Shown here: in pieces, positions 44,293 to 52,879 of the stretch
Layout: every line of letters begins with the position of its first letter
Position numbering within the stretch: the first letter of the stretch is position 1
Assembly: GCA_003446015.1 (NCBI GenBank)
Contig: DMBU01000091.1
Span: 9,380-73,379 of the forward strand
Length of the DNA stretch: 64,000 nucleotides
DNA from: Bacteroidales bacterium
GTDB taxonomy: Bacteria; Bacteroidota; Bacteroidia; Bacteroidales; UBA12077
Reading direction: 5' to 3'
The notes under the pieces: generated by a model
Seen by the model: only the letters and a program-made list of their open reading frames with translations
Told to the model about the DNA's origin: nothing
Database searches by the model: none
Made by a program: the position numbers and the translations under genes

Positions 44293-45327
44293 CTATTTAT
44301 CAAAATTTTCAATTACCGGAGTTTCTTCTATAACATCGGAGTGTTCTTTATAATCTCTCAACCACAGTTTTTGCCCAACAGCAGGTTCAGAACCTTCGTC
44401 CATCAAGTTTTTTTCGTACAACTTTTTAATTTTTATCCCATACATCTGTGAAATGGCATACATCGATTCACCTTCTTTTACCTCGTGAAAATCAAATCCG
44501 TGTTCGGCTTTATTTCTTTTGGGCTGGATATACAGAATTTGGCCTTCAGTTAATTTGCTGTTTTCTTCTATCTCGTTATACTTAAAAAGCTCCCATGGAA
44601 GCATTCCTAATTCTTCAGTAATACTTTTAAAGCTATCGCCTTTTTTAACAATGATATAATCAATTCTGTTCTTACTAAATACTCGATGCTTCTCGGTATA
44701 TATCTTAAAATTATCGACATCGGCCAGAACCACTTTTTGTGAATCCTGAACAAATTCTTCAGTTTTATAATTTGATAAACTTCCTCCCTGATCAAAAACG
44801 TAAAGTTGATTATCTTCAATGATCCTTATTAATAATGTTGCATATGTTTTACTGGTTGCATAACCGGCTCTTTGCAGTCCTTTTGCCCAGGATTTATAAT
44901 CGGTAGGATTAAGATCAAACAAAAATGAATATCGTGTTCCTTTAACTATAAAATCCGAATGATCTTTATATGATTCGTATACAGTATTGTATTTTCTAAA
45001 ACATTCATTTCTTTTATCATCATCGTGGTAAACTTTTCCTCCCTTCCATCCGTTATGGCATTTTATACCAAAGTGATTGTTTGATTTTCTTGCCAAGGTA
45101 CTATTACCATTATCCGATTCGAGCATAGCCTGAGCCAGAGTAATGCTTGCAGGGATCCGACTCCTTTTCATTTCCTTAATAGCCAGTTCATTAAAGTTAT
45201 TTATATAATCTTTACGATCAATAGAAATATAATTATTAGTTGATTTAGATGATGATTTTGGTACCTGCTGTACCTTACATGAAATTACGAATAAGGGTAT
45301 TATCAGGAATATTAGCTTTTTTGTCAT
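44293..45327 (-). CDS. GH73 glucosaminidase-domain lipoprotein with two LysM domains
   Basis: Lipobox VISC. Glucosaminidase block IPASITLAQAMLESDNGNS. Two LysM-like repeats are present (Y.V.KGDS...I; H.VKEGESMYAISQMYGI). Confidence 0.8.
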   Translation of the reverse strand: MTKKLIFLIIPLFVISCKVQQVPKSSSKSTNNYISIDRKDYINNFNELAIKEMKRSRIPASITLAQAMLESDNGNSTLARKSNNHFGIKCHNGWKGGKVYHDDDKRNECFRKYNTVYESYKDHSDFIVKGTRYSFLFDLNPTDYKSWAKGLQRAGYATSKTYATLLIRIIEDNQLYVFDQGGSLSNYKTEEFVQDSQKVVLADVDNFKIYTEKHRVFSKNRIDYIIVKKGDSFKSITEELGMLPWELFKYNEIEENSKLTEGQILYIQPKRNKAEHGFDFHEVKEGESMYAISQMYGIKIKKLYEKNLMDEGSEPAVGQKLWLRDYKEHSDVIEETPVIENFDK

Positions 45328-45347
45328 TTTTTTTTTGTTATTTTGAA

Positions 45348-45355
45348 CAAATGTA
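45348..45355 (-). promoter_or_regulatory. Candidate -7 box (TACATTTG) for the GH73 gene
   Basis: The plus-strand sequence caaatgta lies 21 nt upstream of the start codon. Confidence 0.4.
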
Positions 45356-45408
45356 AAAAAAATATTTAATGTTGAATTTGATATTTTTTTCTAAAGGAAC
45401 AACTTCAT

Positions 45409-45891
45409 ATGATTAAACGTGAAATAAAATCAATATTGTTTGATTACAATTCTCTTGCCGAACTTGATGAAAAATATCAGGAATTAATTCAAAAAGCAAA
45501 AGAAGCTGCAGAAAACGCTTATGCTCCTTATTCAAAGTTTAATGTAGGTGCAGCTGTATTACTTGAAAACAATGAAATTATCCAGGGAAACAACCAGGAG
45601 AATGCAGCATATCCATCGGGTTTATGCGCTGAGCGAGTGGCCATCTTTTATGCTAATTCCAAATATCCTAATATCCCTATTAAGGCTATAGCTGTGACAG
45701 CAAGTACAGAAAAAGGATTCATAACTGACCCGATTCCTCCTTGTGGTTCATGTTTACAAGTTATTTTAGAAAGTGAAAAAAGATCTGGAAAACCTATTGA
45801 AGTATTGCTATACGGACAAAATAAAATAACTATTGCGGATAGCGTTATACAGTTTTTACCCTTATACTTTAATAAAGAAATGCTAAAATAG
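45409..45891 (+). CDS. cdd: Cytidine deaminase
   Basis: Zinc motifs CAERVAI and PCGSCLQV. 160 aa. Confidence 0.85.
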   Translation: MIKREIKSILFDYNSLAELDEKYQELIQKAKEAAENAYAPYSKFNVGAAVLLENNEIIQGNNQENAAYPSGLCAERVAIFYANSKYPNIPIKAIAVTASTEKGFITDPIPPCGSCLQVILESEKRSGKPIEVLLYGQNKITIADSVIQFLPLYFNKEMLK

Positions 45892-45894
45892 ATA

Positions 45895-47496
45895 TTAGTA
45901 TTTTGATAATTTTTTAAGGAATTCTGCATTAGGAACTATACCATATTCATCATCAGAATATTCCGGTTTGAGCCTGTTTACAAAATACATATCTAATTCG
46001 ATATTATTTTTAACTTCTATTTTGCCTCTATAAGTGCAGTCAAAATAATCTTTAATAAATTCATACGTATCACCAGAAACATTAACTTTTCCCACTTCGC
46101 CCGACTGTTCCATCCTATTGGCTTTATTTACCGCATCACCCCAAATATCATATGCAAATTTCTTTTTCCCAATTACACCTGCAATAACTTCTCCTGTATG
46201 TATTCCCAATCGCAACTCCCATGCAGTTTCGTTTTTCATTTTCTCTTCTTCTGCATATTCCTTCATAAATTTTTGAATCTCTAATCCTGCAAGAGTAACA
46301 TCAATGGGGTTACTTTTATTTCTTAAAGGTAAGCCCCCAGCACACATATATGCATCACCAATCGTTTTTATTTTTTCAATATAATGTCCTTCAATTATTT
46401 CATCAAATTTTTGGATATACATATTTAACTCTTCAACCAAATCCTGACTCTCCATTATTCCTGTTAGCTTCGAAAAGTCTTTAAAATCAGTAAATAATAT
46501 AGAAACTAACTTATATTGTTTTGATTTTGCGAAACCTTTTTTCTTTAATTGTTCTGCCGTTTCAAAAGGAAGAATATTTAATAAAAGCTCATCGGATTTT
46601 TTCTTTTGTTCTTCGCTAAGTTCTTTTTGCTTTTCAATTTCCTGACGTTGTTTTTCCAACAGTAAATTTGAATTTTCTAGATGCTCAGTTAGTGTAACTA
46701 AGCTCTCATTTTTAGCTTCGAGTCTTTCTTCTGCTTCTTTTAGTTCTGTAACGTTGGATTCTATTGCGATATACTTAATAATCTGATCCTGTTCATTATA
46801 AACAGGAGTTAGGGTTGTTTGAATCCAGATTGGCTGTCCGTCTTTTGTTTGCCATTTTTTTTCATAAGCGGAACTTTCGGCACCTTCCCTGCATTTTTGT
46901 ATGGCATCATTCAACTTAGGATTATTCTCAGGATCAAATAACAATGATTCAAACTTCTTCCTAAACTCTTCCAGCGTGTAACCATACATTTTTTCAAATC
47001 CTTCATTAACCCATTCAATTTTGTTTTTATTACTAATAATAACAACGCCAGTTGCAGTTTTACGCGCAACAATTGAAAGTTCACGAAGCAGTTCATGTTC
47101 AATGTATATATCGTGTTGAAAATCTCTTCTACTTTCAGCAGCTTCAATACGCATTAAGAGTTCATCTTTGCTATAAGGACTTCTGATAAAGTCAACAATA
47201 CCGTATTCAAATACTCTATCAAAGTTTGTTCGTGGAGAATAATCGGTAATTAATATTACAGGAATATCATGTGTTAATTTATCCTGTTTTAATGACATTA
47301 TACTTTCTATTCCATTTCTTGCAAGCGATTCTACACTAATTAAAATTATATTTGGTTGAACAAGGAGTGCAGAATTGTAGATTTCGCTTCGCGCTGATTG
47401 TGAAATTCCAAATCTATCTTTATCATCTTTAAGAATATCTTGCAAATAAGAAAATGCATTTCCTTTATCATCTGCAATTAATATCTTGTAAATCAT
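45895..47496 (-). CDS. Degenerate-receiver / PAS / coiled-coil / class III adenylate cyclase
   Basis: REC-like residues 1-125 carry Ser at both the phospho-Asp and the conserved Lys positions. The PAS-PAC region is VVIISNKNKIEWVNEGFEKMYGY..WIQTTLTPVY. The cyclase domain is VSILFTDFKDFS..KTIGDAYMCAGG..GIHTGEVIAGVIG..YDIWGDAVNKANRME. Confidence 0.85.
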   Translation of the reverse strand: MIYKILIADDKGNAFSYLQDILKDDKDRFGISQSARSEIYNSALLVQPNIILISVESLARNGIESIMSLKQDKLTHDIPVILITDYSPRTNFDRVFEYGIVDFIRSPYSKDELLMRIEAAESRRDFQHDIYIEHELLRELSIVARKTATGVVIISNKNKIEWVNEGFEKMYGYTLEEFRKKFESLLFDPENNPKLNDAIQKCREGAESSAYEKKWQTKDGQPIWIQTTLTPVYNEQDQIIKYIAIESNVTELKEAEERLEAKNESLVTLTEHLENSNLLLEKQRQEIEKQKELSEEQKKKSDELLLNILPFETAEQLKKKGFAKSKQYKLVSILFTDFKDFSKLTGIMESQDLVEELNMYIQKFDEIIEGHYIEKIKTIGDAYMCAGGLPLRNKSNPIDVTLAGLEIQKFMKEYAEEEKMKNETAWELRLGIHTGEVIAGVIGKKKFAYDIWGDAVNKANRMEQSGEVGKVNVSGDTYEFIKDYFDCTYRGKIEVKNNIELDMYFVNRLKPEYSDDEYGIVPNAEFLKKLSKY

Positions 47497-47734
47497 AGAA
47501 TTTGAAATAGAGTGTTACTTAAAAAGTTTATCAGTTAAAAATATAACTTTTAAACTAAAAAAATCTCTATTTAACTTTTTTTTTAACTACTCCATATTTA
47601 CCATTCATAATATCTTTTATACCTTTCATCAAAAACCGACTTAAATAAGAAAAACAAGATCAAAATAAGTTACGAGTTCGTGCTAAATTTCATTTACAAT
47701 CATTATTTTTATTTTTCCAAATGGGGAAAGTAAT

Positions 47735-48973
47735 ATGATTTTTAGATTATTGTTATTAAGTGAAAGCAAAAAGGAGATTGATAAAATTACTTCTTTACTA
47801 ATTTCTGAATTTCCCGACATAACTCTTGAGATAAGGGTTCCAGATATTGAAATTCTAAATGAAATTGAATCTCTTTCTCCTGATGTAATAATTTTTGATG
47901 TAGACAATCCCAAAAATCATTTTAATGAAAATTTAGATCTTACAAGGAATATTCTAAGTATTAAACAAATACCAATTATTGTTATATCATCAACAAACGA
48001 TTATAAAAAAATATATAAAACAGGAGCAATAAATTTTATTCAAAAGCCTTATTCTGAAATTACTTTAGTATCAAATTTTAAAACAGCTACTAATCTTATA
48101 AGTGTATTAGATTCAATAAATATCAAAGAAGCTGAAATTGAAGAAAAGGATAAGAAGATTAACTTACAAATTGAAAGCGAGCTTAAGCAACGTGAGATTA
48201 TTATCAGGAAAAATAAGGAAATTATGGCAGATATTCGATATGCCAGCAGAATACAACATGCTATTTTACCAAATATAGATTTTATTAATGAAACTATTCA
48301 CGAATACTTTATTTTACATCAGCCTAAAAGTCATGTTAGTGGTGATTTTTATTGGGTTTCTTGCTTAGGTAATAAAAAGATAATTGCTGTTGGTGATTGT
48401 ACAGGACATGGATTATCTGGCGTATTAATGCATATGTTAGGTTCTGTATATTTAAACGAAATTGTTTCAAAGGGAGTTTTTTCTACTGCAAGCGATATCT
48501 TAGAACAACTTCGTGATAATATTATGAGATCACTAAATCAGACCGGGGAATCAGGAGAAGCGCAGGATGGACTTGATATAGCGCTTTGCATTGTTGATTG
48601 TGAGAAAAAAAAGCTGCAGTTTGCTGGGGCCAATAATCCGCTTTACATTGTTAAAAAAAATGATTTAATTGAAATCAAAGGCGACAGAATGCCCGTTGGA
48701 ATACATATCAATTTTGACAAACCCTTTACAAATCATTTAGTAGATTTAGAAAGTAATGATAAAATATATTTGTTCTCGGATGGTTATGCTGATCAGTTTG
48801 GCGGGCCTAAAGGCAAGAAATTTAGATACAAACAATTTAAAGAATTACTTCTTACTATTTGCCATGAACCAATGAATATTCAAAAGGAAATTTTAAATAA
48901 TACTCATGATAAATGGAGGGGCTCAACTGAGCAAATTGATGACATTCTTGTTTTTGGAATAAAAATAAAATAA
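47735..48973 (+). CDS. Receiver-domain SpoIIE/PP2C protein serine phosphatase
   Basis: The REC domain has Asp55 (VIIFDVDNP), IVISS and FIQKPY. The SpoIIE domain has A..IQ.AILP, SGDFYW, VGDCTGHG, FSDGYADQFGG and QIDDILVFGIK. Confidence 0.85.
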   Translation: MIFRLLLLSESKKEIDKITSLLISEFPDITLEIRVPDIEILNEIESLSPDVIIFDVDNPKNHFNENLDLTRNILSIKQIPIIVISSTNDYKKIYKTGAINFIQKPYSEITLVSNFKTATNLISVLDSINIKEAEIEEKDKKINLQIESELKQREIIIRKNKEIMADIRYASRIQHAILPNIDFINETIHEYFILHQPKSHVSGDFYWVSCLGNKKIIAVGDCTGHGLSGVLMHMLGSVYLNEIVSKGVFSTASDILEQLRDNIMRSLNQTGESGEAQDGLDIALCIVDCEKKKLQFAGANNPLYIVKKNDLIEIKGDRMPVGIHINFDKPFTNHLVDLESNDKIYLFSDGYADQFGGPKGKKFRYKQFKELLLTICHEPMNIQKEILNNTHDKWRGSTEQIDDILVFGIKIK

Positions 48974-48999
48974 CTTTAACCTTTGTAAATTTTATTGAA

Positions 49000-50745
49000 G
49001 TGAAAAAAATAACTAAAATCATACTTTCTTTTTTTATCACTTATCTTTTTTTCTGTTATTCTGTTATATCGCAGGATATTCCTTCGTCGATTAAAAATGA
49101 ACTACAAGCTTACGAAGCTAAAATTGTACAATATAAAAAAGAAAATAATTTACAACTTGAGTTAGAGTTTCTTAATAAAGCAGCATTTTTATGTTGGGAT
49201 AATCAATTGTTTAATAAGGCTATTGATCATTTTAAAAGAGGAGTTGAAATAAACGAAAAGCTTAACAACCAAAATGGTATAATGTTAAGTGCAAATTACA
49301 TTGGGATGATCTATAATGATACTCAAGATTACAACTCTGCTATTACCTATTTTCGAAAAGCCCTTGAAATAAACAGAAAACTAAATAATAAGGAAAATAT
49401 ATCATCTTCACTTGTTAACATTTCACAATCCTTTCAGCAACTTGCCAATTATGAAGAATCAAACAAATGGGCTCTGGAGGGAGTTGAAGTAGCTAAAGAA
49501 TTAAATAATTTAAAATTAGTTAGAAGCTTTTATGGGATATTAGCAAATAACTTTCAAAGTCTTGGAAACTCCGAAAAAAGCATTGAATATTTTGATTTGT
49601 TTGCTTCCATAGATAAATACCTTAAAAAAGAAGAGATTAAGGATATCAAACAACAATCTGAATCTGAAGTACAAAAAGCCAAGCAAGAGAAAGAGATAAC
49701 AAAGCAAGAGCTTGTTAAACAAACCGACAAGTTAAAAGAAACGGAGACTTCACTTGCCCAGGTTGAAGAAGTAACCCGCGAACAACAAATGCAATTAGAA
49801 CTTCAAGAATCAAAAATAAGAGAACAGGCAGCACAATTAAAATTTGAACGATTAGTAAGAAGAGTCATTATTGGTATTCTAATTATTTTCTTTGCTTTTT
49901 TTACAATTTTAATGGTTTTATACAGAAAAATAAGAATCCAGAAAAATCAAATTGAAGAACAGAGAGATATTCTGGATATCCAAAATAAAAAAATAAATGC
50001 AAGTATTCAGTACGCACAAAATATTCAAAGAGCAATACTTCCGGTTAAAAATCAAATTGAAAATCTATTTGAAAGTTTTATAATATATCGACCCAAAGAT
50101 ATAGTCTCAGGAGACTTTTATTGGTTTGCCCAAACACAAGACACAGCTTTCCTTGCTGCTGTTGATTGCACTGGGCATGGAGTCCCTGGTGCATTTATGT
50201 CAATGATAGGAAATAGCCTCTTAAACGAAATTGTTTTAGAAAAAAAAGTTGTAGAACCAGCAAAAATATTATCTTTATTAAACGAAAAAATAATTGAATC
50301 GTTAAGACAGGAAGAAACAGAGAACAAAGATGGAATGGATGTTTGTTTTATTTCGATTGATTTAAAATCAAAACAAATAAATTTTTCCGGAGCAAAACGA
50401 CCATTATTTATATTTAAGAAAAAAACCTCTGAATTTGATGAAATTAAGGGAGACAGAATATCTATTGGAGGAGTAAAAAACACTAAAGAAATTGAACAAT
50501 TTAATAATCACATTATAAATACTGAAAAAGGAGATATTTTATTTTTATCTTCAGATGGTTTAACAGATCAAAATAATTCAGAACGAAAAAGATTTGGAAG
50601 TAATAAGCTGAAAGAAATAATTTTAAATAATATTTCGGAACCAATGGCTAAACAGAAGGAAATTATTGAGAATGAGCTAAGCGATTTTCAGCGAGATGAA
50701 GAGCAACGTGACGACATTACTTTAATTGGAATAAAAATTAATTAA
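49000..50745 (+). CDS. Signal peptide / TPR repeats / coiled coil / TM / SpoIIE-PP2C protein serine phosphatase
   Basis: TPR-like repeats with (A/G)..Y..A(I/L)..F..(A/G)(L/V)EIN.KL. A TM helix VIIGILIIFFAFFTILMVLY. The SpoIIE domain has AQNIQRAILP, SGDFYWF, AVDCTGHG, LSSDGLTDQ and QRDDITLIGIK. GTG start. Confidence 0.85.
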   Translation: MKKITKIILSFFITYLFFCYSVISQDIPSSIKNELQAYEAKIVQYKKENNLQLELEFLNKAAFLCWDNQLFNKAIDHFKRGVEINEKLNNQNGIMLSANYIGMIYNDTQDYNSAITYFRKALEINRKLNNKENISSSLVNISQSFQQLANYEESNKWALEGVEVAKELNNLKLVRSFYGILANNFQSLGNSEKSIEYFDLFASIDKYLKKEEIKDIKQQSESEVQKAKQEKEITKQELVKQTDKLKETETSLAQVEEVTREQQMQLELQESKIREQAAQLKFERLVRRVIIGILIIFFAFFTILMVLYRKIRIQKNQIEEQRDILDIQNKKINASIQYAQNIQRAILPVKNQIENLFESFIIYRPKDIVSGDFYWFAQTQDTAFLAAVDCTGHGVPGAFMSMIGNSLLNEIVLEKKVVEPAKILSLLNEKIIESLRQEETENKDGMDVCFISIDLKSKQINFSGAKRPLFIFKKKTSEFDEIKGDRISIGGVKNTKEIEQFNNHIINTEKGDILFLSSDGLTDQNNSERKRFGSNKLKEIILNNISEPMAKQKEIIENELSDFQRDEEQRDDITLIGIKIN

Positions 50746-50749
50746 CCTA

Positions 50750-51280
50750 ATGACTGATACGAATATCGTTTCATTTATGACAAATAAAACAATATTATCT
50801 TATAAAGGACCTTTTTACATTGAGCTAATATCTGTTTTTGGAACAAATATTCGAAACTTTAACGATGCATATAGCAATGCTCGAAAAAAACTTTTTAAGA
50901 TTTTTATTGAACTTTCGCAAAACGTTTCGAATTATTCTGAAAATTATCATATGGTCAACAATGTCCAAAGAATTGGTGTTGGAGAACTTACTTTAAAAGA
51001 TTTAGAAAAAGCTTATCTTTTTACTACAAAAAATCAAGTAAAAAAGACCGATGCAGAGATTCTTGCTGAACGATGTGAAATAGTAAATGCATCAGACCAG
51101 TTAAAACTGAGAGAATTAAAAAGAGAACAGAGATTAAATTCACCGGGAGAAAAATTTGGTGCCAGAATTGGACTAATCCAGGCAGTAATGCTATCAAATA
51201 ATACACTTGAATATCACATTGAAAAGATAAACGAAGACTTTTCTTATTTTTCGTTAACCGTTAAAATAGATAAATATTAA
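50750..51280 (+). CDS. SiaB-like small GHKL-fold protein kinase (RsbW-type)
   Basis: 176 aa. The N-terminus ILSYKGPF, the N-box-like IELSQNVSNYS and the G2-like GEKFGARIGL are present. It sits between PP2C phosphatases and a DUF1987 gene. The assignment is from motif memory, not a profile search. Confidence 0.55.
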   Translation: MTDTNIVSFMTNKTILSYKGPFYIELISVFGTNIRNFNDAYSNARKKLFKIFIELSQNVSNYSENYHMVNNVQRIGVGELTLKDLEKAYLFTTKNQVKKTDAEILAERCEIVNASDQLKLRELKREQRLNSPGEKFGARIGLIQAVMLSNNTLEYHIEKINEDFSYFSLTVKIDKY

Positions 51281-51292
51281 ATAAAACATATT

Positions 51293-51679
51293 ATGGAAAA
51301 TATTACTTTAACAAGCTCCCCTACTACTCCTTATTTCCCAGAAGTAAATTTCAATGTTGAGAAAGGTACTTGCGAAATAAAAGGTGAATCATATATGGAA
51401 GAGACTTACAAGTTTTATCTCCCGTTAATAAATTGGATTAAAGATTATACTAAAAAAATCAAAAAGCCACTCGAAGTAAATGTTAAACTTATTTATCTTA
51501 ACACAAGTTCTACTAAATGTGTATTAGATATATTAGAAATTTTAAAAGATTTCGAAGATGATGGTGGAACAGTAAAAGTAAATTGGTATTATGATAAATC
51601 TGATCCTGATATGGTTGATGAAGTTGAAGACTTTGAAGCAGAATCAGGAATGAAAATTGAATTAATAGAATTTGAATAG
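51293..51679 (+). CDS. DUF1987 / SiaC-like regulatory phosphoprotein
   Basis: 128 aa with PEVNFN.EKG.CEIKGESY.E....FY.PLI.WIK.Y......L.VN.KLIYLNTSSTKC..DIL..L......GG.V.VNWYYD..D.DM....EDF. This is the characteristic DUF1987 pattern. Confidence 0.7.
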   Translation: MENITLTSSPTTPYFPEVNFNVEKGTCEIKGESYMEETYKFYLPLINWIKDYTKKIKKPLEVNVKLIYLNTSSTKCVLDILEILKDFEDDGGTVKVNWYYDKSDPDMVDEVEDFEAESGMKIELIEFE

Positions 51680-51698
51680 ATTTTATTACTGATAATAC

Positions 51699-51730
51699 AA
51701 AAGAGGCTGCATATATGCAGCCTCTTTTGT
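51699..51730. terminator. Bidirectional intrinsic terminator between the SiaC-like gene and ilvE
   Basis: Perfect stem agaggctgcatatatgcagcctct flanked by AAAA and TTTT. Confidence 0.75.
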
Positions 51731-51744
51731 ATTGCATGAACGTA

Positions 51745-52764
51745 TTACTTTATAATTTCAACCCAATTATGTGGATCTGGCTCATCGCCATATTGAATGG
51801 CAACCAATTTATTATAAATCTTCGTTGAAATTGGTCCGGCTTTACCATCTTTACAGAAATTATATTTCTTATCCTCATCAATATCATAAATTTCACCAAT
51901 AGGAGAAATTATGGCTGCTGTTCCACAGGCCCCAACCTCGTCAAAAGTATTTAACTCTTCAATATCTATTGGTCTTCGTTCAACTTTAAAACCCATATCT
52001 TCAGCTAACTGCATAATACTCAAATTAGTTATTGAAGGTAAGATGGATGGTGATTTTGGAGTTATATAAGTGTTATTTCTTATTCCAAAGAAATTTGCTG
52101 CACCAATCTCGTCAATGTATTTTTTATGTACTGAATCTAAATACATTGGGGCACCATAACCTTCATCATGCGCTTTTTTTACACCACGCAAACTTGAAGC
52201 GTAATTCCCACCCACTTTTATACTGCCTGTTCCTAATGGTGCTGCACGATCCGAATCTCTTATAACAGCTATTTTAACAGGAGTAAATCCTTCTTTAAAA
52301 TATGGACCAACGGGCGAAACAAAAACTACAAATAAATATTCATCAGCTGGTTTAACCCCAATCTGTGGACCAGAACCAATCAATAAAGGTCTTAAGTATA
52401 AAGCTGCTCCAGTTCCATAAGGTGGAACAAAACGCTCATTCATAAAAACAGCTTTGGTAATTGCCTCTTTAAAAATTTCTTTTGTAATTGGTTGCATTAA
52501 TATTCCGTGAGCAGATCGTTCCATTCGTTTAAAATTCTCTTCCCAACGAAATAATCTAATCTTGCCATCTTTACCTCGATAAGCCTTCATTCCTTCAAAT
52601 GCCTGCTGTCCGTAATGCAAAGCTGTTGCCGAAATATGTAAATTTAAATGCTCAGATGAAGATATTTCTAATTCTCCCCATTTGCCATTTCTATAATAAC
52701 ACCTGACATTGTAATCTGTTTTTAAATAACCAAAGGGCAATTTACCCCAGTCTAAATTTGTCAT
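51745..52764 (-). CDS. ilvE: Branched-chain amino acid aminotransferase (class IV)
   Basis: 339 aa with LHYGQQAFEGMKAYR, YLRPL.IG and GGNYA.S. Typical IlvE. Confidence 0.9.
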   Translation of the reverse strand: MTNLDWGKLPFGYLKTDYNVRCYYRNGKWGELEISSSEHLNLHISATALHYGQQAFEGMKAYRGKDGKIRLFRWEENFKRMERSAHGILMQPITKEIFKEAITKAVFMNERFVPPYGTGAALYLRPLLIGSGPQIGVKPADEYLFVVFVSPVGPYFKEGFTPVKIAVIRDSDRAAPLGTGSIKVGGNYASSLRGVKKAHDEGYGAPMYLDSVHKKYIDEIGAANFFGIRNNTYITPKSPSILPSITNLSIMQLAEDMGFKVERRPIDIEELNTFDEVGACGTAAIISPIGEIYDIDEDKKYNFCKDGKAGPISTKIYNKLVAIQYGDEPDPHNWVEIIK

Positions 52765-52797
52765 ATCTGTTTATTTTTTGATTTTCATTTTGCTGCA

Positions 52798-52805
52798 CAA
52801 AGATA
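52798..52805 (-). promoter_or_regulatory. Candidate -7 box (TATCTTTG) for ilvE
   Basis: The plus-strand sequence caaagata lies 34 nt upstream of the start codon. Confidence 0.4.
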
Positions 52806-52879
52806 CCAAAATTGATAGTTGTTAAGTAAAAAAAAATCCTATTACACAACATGAAAATCTTCAATGAAACTGAATAATT

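Noticed and set aside
47683-47913. 76 aa minus-strand ORF spanning the start of the REC-phosphatase gene
   Set aside because: It overlaps a well-supported CDS and promoter region, and its translation is low-complexity.
50911-50930. Operator-like sequence tttcgcaaaacgtttcgaa inside the SiaB-like gene
   Set aside because: It resembles the LacI-type operator, but it has an extra A that shifts the half-site spacing, and it lies inside a coding region (encoding ..SQNVSNY..). It is most likely coincidental.
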